DNA of 32,000 nucleotides from Patescibacteria group bacterium (GTDB lineage Bacteria > Patescibacteriota > Minisyncoccia > UBA6257 > HR35), in contig JAUQQN010000001.1 of NCBI GenBank assembly GCA_030549845.1, positions 270,001-302,000 on the forward strand, read 5' to 3'. The position numbers and the translations under genes were made by a program. The notes beneath the pieces were generated by a model that searched no databases, had not been told where the DNA came from, and saw only the letters and a program-made list of their open reading frames with translations. Shown piece by piece: positions 23,915 to 31,419 of this stretch (positions are counted from its first letter, which is position 1; each line of letters opens with the position of its first letter).

Positions 23915-23986
23915 TGCGGCTGGGAGGATTCGAACCTCCGACCTGGTGTTTATAAGACACCCGCTCTACCACTGAGCTACAGCCGC
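23915..23986 (-). tRNA. tRNA-Ile (anticodon UAU)
   Basis: The reverse complement folds as GCGGCTG-TA-GCTC-AGTGGTA-GAGC-G-GGTGT-CTTATAA-ACACC-AGGTC-GGAGG-TTCGAAT-CCTCC-CAGCCGC-A. The anticodon loop CT-TAT-AA gives UAU, which reads AUA. No CCA is encoded. Confidence 0.85.
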
Positions 23987-24006
23987 TTATTATATAATTT
24001 TACTAC

Positions 24007-24375
24007 TTATTCTAGAGGAATTTTCTTAACTCCTTCTGATCTAATCTTAGGAATTCTTATCATTAATATTCCATCTTTTAAGGAAGCTTTAATATTTTCT
24101 GTATCAACATCTCTTGGAAGAATTATTGTCTTTGAAAAAGGACCCCAATAACATTCTCTATAAAGATAATCTGTAATTCTTGGATTTTCAGGAGGCAACC
24201 TTTTACCTCTTATTATTAACATATCACCGTGAACCAAAATCTCTATATCATTCATAGTAACCCCAGAAATAGGTGATACTATAACTAGTTCATCATCTTT
24301 TAAATAAACATCTACAGCTAATTGTCCTTCTTCTTCGCTTAAGTTTAATGGATGCTCATGTTCCCACTCTGTCAT
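24007..24375 (-). CDS. Hsp20/alpha-crystallin family small heat-shock protein
   Basis: 122 aa with the alpha-crystallin domain pattern (LAVDVYLKDDELVIVSPISGVTMNDIEILVHGDMLIIRGKR ... FSKTIILPRDVDTENIKASLKDGILMIRIPK). Confidence 0.9.
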   Translation of the reverse strand: MTEWEHEHPLNLSEEEGQLAVDVYLKDDELVIVSPISGVTMNDIEILVHGDMLIIRGKRLPPENPRITDYLYRECYWGPFSKTIILPRDVDTENIKASLKDGILMIRIPKIRSEGVKKIPLE

Positions 24376-25081
24376 CTTTTATCTTTAATATTTTAAATTG
24401 AATTAAAACTAAAAGAAAAACAGCCCATAAAATTGGAAAAATATAAATTCTTATATCATCTTTAATTATAAAAATATTATAAATAAAATGCAAAAGGGTT
24501 GAAGAAATAAATGCTACAATAAAAGGTAAAATCCTTCTAATTTTGATTGAAATACCATACCCAAAGCCAATTATTAATGAAGCTAATAAATGTAAAAAAT
24601 TTGCCCCCAAAAATCTCAAAATAGAGATAATTATTACTAAAAATATAGAAACAACAAACTGATAGTTTAATTCAAGAAAACTCTTACATAAATAAGCAAA
24701 TGTTTCTAAAAAACTAAAACCTATAGCAGAAAATCCCATATATATCATAGCATCTACAGGTTCGTCAAAATATTTTGTTGGAAATATAAAAAGAAAAATT
24801 AAAAAAAACTTTAAAAATTCTTCTATAAATGCGCTTAAGAAAAAATATAAATAACTATCAGAACTACCTAATGCAAGATAAGTCCAATACTCGCCATAAT
24901 AACTTATAATAGTCGCTAAAAATCCCAAGAGAATCGAAAAAATTATTAAATATCTAGGTTCAGGATGAGGGTCCTCATTTAATATAAATTCTAAATAAAT
25001 CCAAATAGGTACTAATGTTGTAAAGAAAAGAATAAATATATTTGGATATCTAAGACAAGTAATTAAATCTGTTGTGGCCAC
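24356..25081 (-). CDS. PrsW-family intramembrane protease-like protein
   Basis: Polytopic membrane protein with motifs resembling PrsW: EExxK (FIEEFLKF), FxxxE (GFSFLETFAY) and HxxxxxxxG (FLHLLASLIIGFGYG). Confidence 0.65.
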   Translation of the reverse strand: MATTDLITCLRYPNIFILFFTTLVPIWIYLEFILNEDPHPEPRYLIIFSILLGFLATIISYYGEYWTYLALGSSDSYLYFFLSAFIEEFLKFFLIFLFIFPTKYFDEPVDAMIYMGFSAIGFSFLETFAYLCKSFLELNYQFVVSIFLVIIISILRFLGANFLHLLASLIIGFGYGISIKIRRILPFIVAFISSTLLHFIYNIFIIKDDIRIYIFPILWAVFLLVLIQFKILKIKDDRVGT

Positions 25082-27144
25082 GTTTGAAGCATTAATAAAT
25101 CCTTATTTCCTATCTCTTGCCATAAATATTCTGTAAGAAAAGGCATAAAAGGATGAAGCATTTTTAATGAATTAATAATAATCATTCTTAAGACTTCTCT
25201 ATTATTTTTAGTTTGCCCCTTACAAGATTCGATATAAACATCGCAAAATTGATTCCAGAAAAATTTATAAAATCTTTTAAGAGCATCAGAAAACCTCAAA
25301 TTCTCAATGTTTTTAGTCACGTATTTTAACGTAGAATTAAAAGCTTTTATGATCTTTCTATCTTCTGCTGAGAACCCATTCTTTTTTTCCATCTCAGGAT
25401 ACCTTATTAAATAAAATCTAACAGCATTATAAACTTTATTTGCAAATTTCATTCCATTTTCTACATTTACTTCGTCAAATTTTAGATCTTGCAAAAAAGT
25501 TGTTTGCCATGTAAGACCAAATCTTAAAGCATCAGCTCCGTATTTTTCAATTAAATCCAAAGGATCTATACCTGTTCCTAAACTTTTTGACATCCTTTTT
25601 CCCTCCTTTGTCAAAACTGTAGGATGTACATAAACTAATTTGAATGGGGGTTTTTTCATAAAAAATATTCCTGAAAATATCATTCTACCGATCCATAAAT
25701 TAATAATATCTCTTGCGGTAAAAACTACATTCGCAGGATACCATTCTTTTTCTTTTTGTGTATATAAAATAGCAAAAGGCCATAAGGCAGAAGAAAACCA
25801 TGTATCAAAAACCTCTTCTGTTCTATACCAATTGCTCTTTTTACATATCTTGCATTTTTTGTTTGGTTTTTTTCTAGAAACCTCATAACTATCTTCACAA
25901 TTTTTGCAATACCAAACAGGTAAAGTTTGTCCCCACCATATTTTTCTTGATATACACCAATCCCTTATATTTTTTAGCCAATCAAAATAAATTTTTTTAA
26001 ATCTTTGAGGGAATATATAAACTTCTCTTGATTTAACCGCATCCTTTGCAATCTTAGCAAGAATATCCATTTTTAAAAACCATTCTTTAGATGGAATTAC
26101 TTGAAGTTCTGTATGACATCTATAGCAATAAGGAACATTATGAAGTATTTTTTCTTCTTTGACAAGATAACCCTTTTCTTTAAGAATTTTTAAAATTTTT
26201 TCTCTTGCAGAAAGATAATCCAAACCTTCAAAGCCTTTTATATTTACAATTTTTGCGTTTTCATCTATAACTTTTACTATTTCTAAACCATGTCTTTTCC
26301 CTATTTCATAATCTATTATGCTATGAGCTGGGGTAACTTTTACAACGCCAGTGCCAAATTTAGGATCTACTCTTTGATCTGTAATTACCAATAGCTCTCT
26401 ATTAATAATTGGTAAAATAGCTATATGACCCCAATATTTTTGATACCTTTCATCTGAAGGATTTACTGCTAAAGCTACATCACCTAACATAGTCTCAGGT
26501 CTAGTTGTAGCTACAGTTAAAAATTCATCTAAGTCTTTTAGGGGGTATTTTATGTAGTAAAGAGACCCTTCTTTGGTTTCATATTCAATTTCTAAGTCTG
26601 ATAAACTTGTTTGACATCTTGGGCAATAATTTATAGCCCTATAATCTCTATAAATCCACCCTTTTTTGTAATACTCTATAAAAGCCTTTTCAACCCAATC
26701 AACATATTTTTTATCCATCGTAAATCTTGTTCTTGTCCAGTCAGGAGATATGCCTAATTTCTTAAATTGCTGCAAAATAATCCCACCATATTTTTCTTTC
26801 CATTCCCAAACTCTTTTTAAAAATTTTTCTCTACCTAAATCAAACCTTGTTAAGCCTTCTTTTTTTAATTCTTTTTCAACTACATTTTGCGTAGCTATTC
26901 CAGCGTGATCTAAGCCAGGTATCCAAATTATTTTAAAACCGCGCATTCTTTTATATCTTAATAAAATATCAAGTAAGATATTTTGAAGAGAATGGCCCAT
27001 ATGTAAAGACCCGGTTACATTAGGAGGAGCCATTAAAGCAATGAATTTTTCACCTCCTTTTTGTTTTTCAACCTTAAGATAAGGCAACCATTTTTTATAA
27101 ATTTTTTCTTCTATTTCTTGAGGGTTATATCTTGATCCAAGCAT
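25063..27144 (-). CDS. valS: Valyl-tRNA synthetase (short, 693 aa)
   Basis: The ValRS-type N-terminus and HIGH region are present (PPNVTGSLHMGHSLQNILLDILLRYKRMRGFKIIWIPGLDHAGIATQ), as is KMSKS (GKRMSKSLGTG). There are several CxxC pairs. The protein ends soon after the anticodon-binding region, without the long C-terminal coiled coil of typical bacterial ValRS. Confidence 0.92.
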   Translation of the reverse strand: MLGSRYNPQEIEEKIYKKWLPYLKVEKQKGGEKFIALMAPPNVTGSLHMGHSLQNILLDILLRYKRMRGFKIIWIPGLDHAGIATQNVVEKELKKEGLTRFDLGREKFLKRVWEWKEKYGGIILQQFKKLGISPDWTRTRFTMDKKYVDWVEKAFIEYYKKGWIYRDYRAINYCPRCQTSLSDLEIEYETKEGSLYYIKYPLKDLDEFLTVATTRPETMLGDVALAVNPSDERYQKYWGHIAILPIINRELLVITDQRVDPKFGTGVVKVTPAHSIIDYEIGKRHGLEIVKVIDENAKIVNIKGFEGLDYLSAREKILKILKEKGYLVKEEKILHNVPYCYRCHTELQVIPSKEWFLKMDILAKIAKDAVKSREVYIFPQRFKKIYFDWLKNIRDWCISRKIWWGQTLPVWYCKNCEDSYEVSRKKPNKKCKICKKSNWYRTEEVFDTWFSSALWPFAILYTQKEKEWYPANVVFTARDIINLWIGRMIFSGIFFMKKPPFKLVYVHPTVLTKEGKRMSKSLGTGIDPLDLIEKYGADALRFGLTWQTTFLQDLKFDEVNVENGMKFANKVYNAVRFYLIRYPEMEKKNGFSAEDRKIIKAFNSTLKYVTKNIENLRFSDALKRFYKFFWNQFCDVYIESCKGQTKNNREVLRMIIINSLKMLHPFMPFLTEYLWQEIGNKDLLMLQTWPQQI

Positions 27145-27174
27145 GGTTTGTTATTTAAATTATTAAAAAGAAAT

Positions 27175-27246
27175 TGGGCGGGAGAGGACTCGAACCTCTG
27201 ACCTTCTCGTTGTAAGCGAGACGCTCTGCCACTGAGCTACCCGCCC
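27175..27246 (-). tRNA. tRNA-Val (anticodon UAC)
   Basis: The reverse complement folds as GGGCGGG-TA-GCTC-AGTGGCA-GAGC-G-TCTCG-CTTACAA-CGAGA-AGGTC-AGAGG-TTCGAGT-CCTCT-CCCGCCC-A, giving anticodon UAC. It lies 30 nt upstream of valS on the same strand. Confidence 0.9.
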
Positions 27247-27261
27247 TATTTAATTTTATAA

Positions 27262-27822
27262 TTATAAACCGAGTTTATCTCTTATTTTTTTCATTGCATT
27301 AAGGCAAATTTCAGCAAGTTCTTCAACTTTTATCCCTAATAACTCTTCACATTTTTTGATAATTTCTCTATTAACTCCTCGCGCAAAGGAAGGTTCTTTA
27401 AATTTGCTCATTATTCTTTCAACAGTTACTTCATCTAAAGATTTATTAGGCATAACCAGTGCTACAGCTACAATAAAACCAGTCATTTCTTCACAAGAAT
27501 ATAATGCTTTTTCTAAAAGAGTCTTAGGTTCAAATCCATGAATATGATTATGGATTTTTACAGCGTTTACAATTTCTTCTGGGAAACCTTCTTTTTGCAA
27601 AATTTCTGCACCAAGAAGAGAATGTTTTTCTGGGGTTTCTTTTGTCAATTCCCAATCTATATCATGAACTAAACCTGCAATTTTCCAAAGCTCTTCATTC
27701 TCGCCAAACTTTTTTGCGAGTTCTCCCATCAATGCTTCAACTGCAAAAAGATGTTTTTTCAGGTTTTCATTCTTTATGTATTTTTCCAAAAGTTTAAGTG
27801 CTTTATTTCTTAATTCTTCCAT
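27262..27822 (-). CDS. HD-domain (HDIG-like) metal-dependent phosphohydrolase
   Basis: Contains H...HD...H motifs (KHLFAVEAL ... AGLVHDIDWE ... KIHNHIHG). The ~186-aa stand-alone HD hydrolase architecture fits. Confidence 0.75.
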   Translation of the reverse strand: MEELRNKALKLLEKYIKNENLKKHLFAVEALMGELAKKFGENEELWKIAGLVHDIDWELTKETPEKHSLLGAEILQKEGFPEEIVNAVKIHNHIHGFEPKTLLEKALYSCEEMTGFIVAVALVMPNKSLDEVTVERIMSKFKEPSFARGVNREIIKKCEELLGIKVEELAEICLNAMKKIRDKLGL

Positions 27823-27892
27823 TTCTGAATTTATTCAATTAAAATGAAATTATAAAAAATTTTTGTTTTTTATTAAAATAATTCTAATAATA

Positions 27893-28681
27893 ATGAAAAA
27901 TATAATTTCAAAACTTTTATTGGTTTCTTTATTGTTTTTGGTATGTAACCATTTTGCCTTTGCCCAAAATTTTTATCTTGAAAATTTAAAATTTAAAACT
28001 GCTTATAAAATTTCTATTCTAATTCCTAATCCTGTTCAAAAAATTTCTTTATTAAATAGCTTAGCAACAACTTCTTTGCAAACCTATAAAAAATTGAAAA
28101 ATACAAGACAGAAAAATATTTTTTTAAATAACTATTTAGAAGTCTTAAAAGAATTAGATAAAACTTGGGATAATTTTTCATTTAATTATTCAGAATATCC
28201 AAAACTATATGAAAATTCCATTAAGTTATATGTAAGTCATCTAAAGGAAAATAATGAAACAATAAAAAATTTGAAAATTCAAGAATATCTAATAAAAATA
28301 ATAATAAAGGTAGCATCTAAACTTGACAGCAAAGAAAGCTTAAATTTATTAAACAATATTATCACTAAATATAAAGGAACGGATCTAAATATTTTACAGA
28401 ACTATTTAAAAGAAACAAAAAATTTAAATAACAAATATTATGTTGAATTGATAAAAATTTTAAATGAACTTAAAACTTTAATAGATGAATTTGAAAAAGG
28501 AGAAAGAATTATAGTTAGTAATTATGACAAGATGGAAGAAAAGCTGTTAGAAATGCAAAAAGAAGCAAATTTAGCTATGGAAAATATTAAAAAAATGAAA
28601 TTAAAGGAATTTGAAGAAAATATTTTAAAATTAAAAGAAGCTGTAGATTTTATTAAGAAAAATTCCAAAAAAATAAAATGA
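27893..28681 (+). CDS. Hypothetical secreted helical protein (start trimmed to the ATG at 27893)
   Basis: The ORF-track start is a TTG at 27863. The ATG at 27893 gives a canonical signal peptide (MKNIISKLLLVSLLFLVCNHFAFAQ). The mature part is Lys/Asn/Leu/Glu-rich and helical. No family is recognised. Confidence 0.6.
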   Translation: MKNIISKLLLVSLLFLVCNHFAFAQNFYLENLKFKTAYKISILIPNPVQKISLLNSLATTSLQTYKKLKNTRQKNIFLNNYLEVLKELDKTWDNFSFNYSEYPKLYENSIKLYVSHLKENNETIKNLKIQEYLIKIIIKVASKLDSKESLNLLNNIITKYKGTDLNILQNYLKETKNLNNKYYVELIKILNELKTLIDEFEKGERIIVSNYDKMEEKLLEMQKEANLAMENIKKMKLKEFEENILKLKEAVDFIKKNSKKIK

Positions 28682-29205
28682 AAAAAGTATTATTTATAAT
28701 AGCAAAACAAGGATTTAGAGATGAGGAATATTTTATACCTAAATCTATACTAGAAGAAAAATTTGAAGTTAAAACAGCAAGTAATTCTAAGGAGAAAAGT
28801 ATAGCCTTAGGATTTTTAGGAGGAGAAGCCGAGGTTGATATAAATTACGAAGATATTAACGTTGATGATTTTGATGCAATAATTTTTGTGGGAGGGCAAG
28901 GTGCTTTAAAAAATTTAGATAACGAAATAAGTTATAAAATTGCACAAGAAGCAATGAATAAAAATAAAATTTTATGCGCTATATGCATAGCTCCTGTTAT
29001 TTTGGCTAAAGCTGGAGTTTTAAAAGACAAAAAAGCAACTGTATGGCATTCAAATTTTGATAAAGCTCCTATAAAAATATTAGAAGAAAATGGTGCTATT
29101 TTTGTAGATGAAGATGTAGTAGAGGATGGAAATATAATAACTGCAAATGGTCCTAATGCAGCAGAAGAATTTGGGAAAAAGATTCTTAAAAAGCTAGAGT
29201 CGTAA
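28678..29205 (+). CDS. DJ-1/PfpI family protein
   Basis: 175 aa with the nucleophile-elbow Cys context (KILCAICIAPVILAKAG) and the FVGGQG motif typical of the DJ-1/PfpI class I glutamine-amidotransferase-like fold. Confidence 0.85.
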   Translation: MKKVLFIIAKQGFRDEEYFIPKSILEEKFEVKTASNSKEKSIALGFLGGEAEVDINYEDINVDDFDAIIFVGGQGALKNLDNEISYKIAQEAMNKNKILCAICIAPVILAKAGVLKDKKATVWHSNFDKAPIKILEENGAIFVDEDVVEDGNIITANGPNAAEEFGKKILKKLES

Positions 29206-29227
29206 TTAACCTTCATAAAAAATAAAC

Positions 29228-29422
29228 ATGTATGATAACCATATTTATAATTTAATGTCTCAATTAGTAGAAGAACACAGAAGTTTATGGAGACTTAAAA
29301 AGTACTATGTTAAAGACGCTAAAAATTGTAAAAAATGTAAAGAGTTATGGCAACAACTATTGAAAGAAAAATCTCAACATATAAAAAGAATCTCTGAAAT
29401 ACTAAAAGCTCATAATCTTTAA
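29228..29422 (+). CDS. Small hypothetical helical protein (64 aa) with a CxxC pair
   Basis: This is an ORF in a gap-free plus-strand gene array. It is helical and basic and contains CKKC. No family is confidently recognised. Confidence 0.45.
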   Translation: MYDNHIYNLMSQLVEEHRSLWRLKKYYVKDAKNCKKCKELWQQLLKEKSQHIKRISEILKAHNL

Positions 29423-29424
29423 GT

Positions 29425-30090
29425 ATGAAAAAAAAAGAAAAAAGAAATATTAAAAAATTAAAAGAAAAAGCATTAAAAATTATTCAAAAACTGGATAAAT
29501 TATTTCCTGAATCTAAAATAGCATTAAATTTTTCTAACCCATGGGAACTTTATGTCGCAGTTGTTTTATCTGCAAGAAACCGAGATGATGTTGTAAATAA
29601 AGTTACTGAAAAATTATTTAAAAAATATAAAAATTTAGATGATTATGTAAACGCAAGCTTTGAAGAATTCTCAAAAGATATAAGTAAATTAGGTTTATAT
29701 AAACAAAAAGCAAAATATATCTTAGAAACAGCAAAAATCATTAAAGAAAAATACGGAGGTAGATTGCCAGATAAAATGGAGGAACTTTTAAAATTACCAG
29801 GTATTGGAAGAAAAACTGCTAATATTATTTTATGGAATGCTTATAAAAAAGCTGAAGGCATAGCTGTTGATACACATGTAAGAAGACTATCTCATTTATT
29901 TGGACTAACAAATAAATCAAATCCAGACCAGATAGAAAAGGATTTAATGGAGGTAATTCCTAAAAAAAGATGGGGAGATATCCCCTATAAATTTATAGAT
30001 TATGGAAGAAAATATTGCACAGCAAGGTGCAAACATAAAAATTGCCCTCTTAAAAATTTTATAGTTAAAAGATACAAAGAAAGGAAATGA
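29425..30090 (+). CDS. nth: Endonuclease III family DNA glycosylase/AP lyase
   Basis: The HhH-GPD motif carries the catalytic Lys (LPGIGRKTANIIL) and Asp (VDTHVRRL). The C-terminal Cys cluster is non-canonical (see findings). Confidence 0.88.
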   Translation: MKKKEKRNIKKLKEKALKIIQKLDKLFPESKIALNFSNPWELYVAVVLSARNRDDVVNKVTEKLFKKYKNLDDYVNASFEEFSKDISKLGLYKQKAKYILETAKIIKEKYGGRLPDKMEELLKLPGIGRKTANIILWNAYKKAEGIAVDTHVRRLSHLFGLTNKSNPDQIEKDLMEVIPKKRWGDIPYKFIDYGRKYCTARCKHKNCPLKNFIVKRYKERK

Positions 30091-30509
30091 AAACTATAAA
30101 AATTTGGACAGATGGAGGTGTTATCAATAATCCTGGAGAGGGAGCTATAGGTGTAGTTATAGATTTTGGTGATAGAGTTAATCATTATAAAGCAAAACTC
30201 AAAGAAGTAACTAATAATGAAGCAGAATATTTAGCAGTAATCTATGCGTTAAAAAAATTAAAGGAAATTTTTGGTAAAAAGAAATTAAAAGATTATATGG
30301 TAATATTACACTTGGATAGTGAATTAGTGGGTAATCAACTCATAGGAAAATATAAAATAAAAGAAGAAAATTTGCAAAAATTATTTTTAAAATTTTGGAA
30401 TCTGAAAGTAGATATTCCAAACATCGAAGTAAAAATTATTCCAAGAGAAGAAAATAAAATTGCAGATAAACTAGTTAAAAGCCTTTTGTTTAAAAACACG
30501 CTTTTTTAA
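30087..30509 (+). CDS. rnhA: Ribonuclease HI (type 1 RNase H)
   Basis: DEDD-type residues occur in the expected contexts: IWTDGGV, NNEAEYLAVIYAL, HLDSELV and NKIADKL. The protein is 140 aa. Confidence 0.8.
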   Translation: MKTIKIWTDGGVINNPGEGAIGVVIDFGDRVNHYKAKLKEVTNNEAEYLAVIYALKKLKEIFGKKKLKDYMVILHLDSELVGNQLIGKYKIKEENLQKLFLKFWNLKVDIPNIEVKIIPREENKIADKLVKSLLFKNTLF

Positions 30510-30517
30510 AAAAATTA

Positions 30518-30526
30518 TGGTATAAT
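30518..30526 (+). promoter_or_regulatory. Extended -10 promoter element (TGgTATAAT) for the 5S rRNA gene
   Basis: TGGTATAAT ends 7 nt before the first base of the predicted 5S rRNA helix I. It lies between the rnhA stop (30509) and the 5S start (30533). No convincing -35 element was seen. Confidence 0.5.
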
Positions 30527-30532
30527 TTATAA

Positions 30533-30651
30533 GTCCCTTGTGGCTGTATAGCTGGGTTGGAACCACCCCTTTCCATTCCGAACAGGCAGGTGAAACGGCC
30601 CAGCGCCGATGGTAGTGCCCTTGAGGCGCGAGAGTAGGTGCTGCAAGGGAC
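30533..30651 (+). rRNA. rrf: 5S ribosomal RNA (stand-alone, not adjacent to 23S)
   Basis: This is a GC-rich island in AT-rich DNA. Terminal helix I pairs GTCCCTTG..GGC with GC..CAAGGGAC. Conserved 5S blocks are present: CCATTCCGAACAGGCAGGTGAAAC, AGCGCCGATGGTAGTG and GAGAGTAGG. Confidence 0.92.
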
Positions 30652-30677
30652 TTATTATTTCAACAGAATTTTAAAAA

Positions 30678-30983
30678 ATGGAAAATCAGTTATATGAAAT
30701 CAGTTTTTGGGTTAAATTAAATGCAGATGTAGAAAAAGAAATTGAAAAGATTATAAATTTGATTCAAAAAAATAATGGTGAAATTATATATAAAGATGCA
30801 CCAAAAAAGAAGGAGATGGCTTATCCTATTAAAAAAGAAAAAACTGGCTTTTTCTCTTATATTGTTTTTAAGCTAGAAAAAGACAAGATTGAAAATATTA
30901 AAAAAGAATTATTATTCTATAAAAATATATTAAGATTTTTAATAGTTAAAAGGAAAGTTTTATTACAAAAAGAAAAAGTTTAA
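30678..30983 (+). CDS. rpsF: 30S ribosomal protein S6
   Basis: The N-terminus (YEISFWV) and core (EMAYPIKKEKTGFFSYIVF) match the S6 pattern. It lies directly upstream of ssb, as in the conserved rpsF-ssb cluster. Confidence 0.85.
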   Translation: MENQLYEISFWVKLNADVEKEIEKIINLIQKNNGEIIYKDAPKKKEMAYPIKKEKTGFFSYIVFKLEKDKIENIKKELLFYKNILRFLIVKRKVLLQKEKV

Positions 30984-30988
30984 TCATT

Positions 30989-31405
30989 ATGAATCTAAAT
31001 AAAGTACTTTTAATTGGAAGACTAGTACAAGATGTTGATTTTAAAATAGCTCCTTCTGGAACACCTATAGCAATTATTAATCTGGCAACTAATAGACTAT
31101 ATAAAGATAAAAGTGGTGCAAATAAAACAGAAACAGAATTCCATAGAGTAGTAGCATGGGGTAAGCTTGCAGAGTTGTGCAGAGATTATTTAACTAAAGG
31201 AAGATTAATTTTTGTAGAAGGAAGAATCCACTATAGAACATGGTTAAGCGCAGATGGAACTAAAAAGGTGACTACAGAAATAATAGCTGAAAATATAATT
31301 TTTGGCCCAAGGCCATCCTTAGAGATTGTAGAATCCGAGGAAATACCGGAAGAACTAAAAGAATTTGAAGAACCTCCTCCAGACATATGGGAAATTCAAT
31401 TTTAA
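30989..31405 (+). CDS. ssb: Single-stranded DNA-binding protein
   Basis: The OB-fold signature is present (MNLNKVLLIGRLVQDVDFK ... TEFHRVVAWGKLAE ... GRLIFVEGRIHYRTW), with an acidic C-terminal tail ending in an aromatic residue (PPPDIWEIQF). Confidence 0.9.
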   Translation: MNLNKVLLIGRLVQDVDFKIAPSGTPIAIINLATNRLYKDKSGANKTETEFHRVVAWGKLAELCRDYLTKGRLIFVEGRIHYRTWLSADGTKKVTTEIIAENIIFGPRPSLEIVESEEIPEELKEFEEPPPDIWEIQF

Positions 31406-31419
31406 TTTATAATTAGCAT

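Noticed and set aside
27863-27892. TTG start at 27863 for the secreted 272-aa ORF
   Set aside because: The ATG at 27893 begins a textbook signal peptide (MKNIISKLLLVSLLFLVC...). The extra 10 residues from a TTG start add nothing and shrink the divergent promoter region.
1596-30185. Other short antisense ORFs in the track (1596-1793, 8019-8213, 9307-9492, 10140-10385, 16950-17150, 22877-23158, 23245-23472, 25640-25888, 27356-27541, 28932-29216, 30000-30185)
   Set aside because: Each is nested antisense within a longer gene that has recognisable motifs or operon context. All are 61-94 aa with no start context or motif support.
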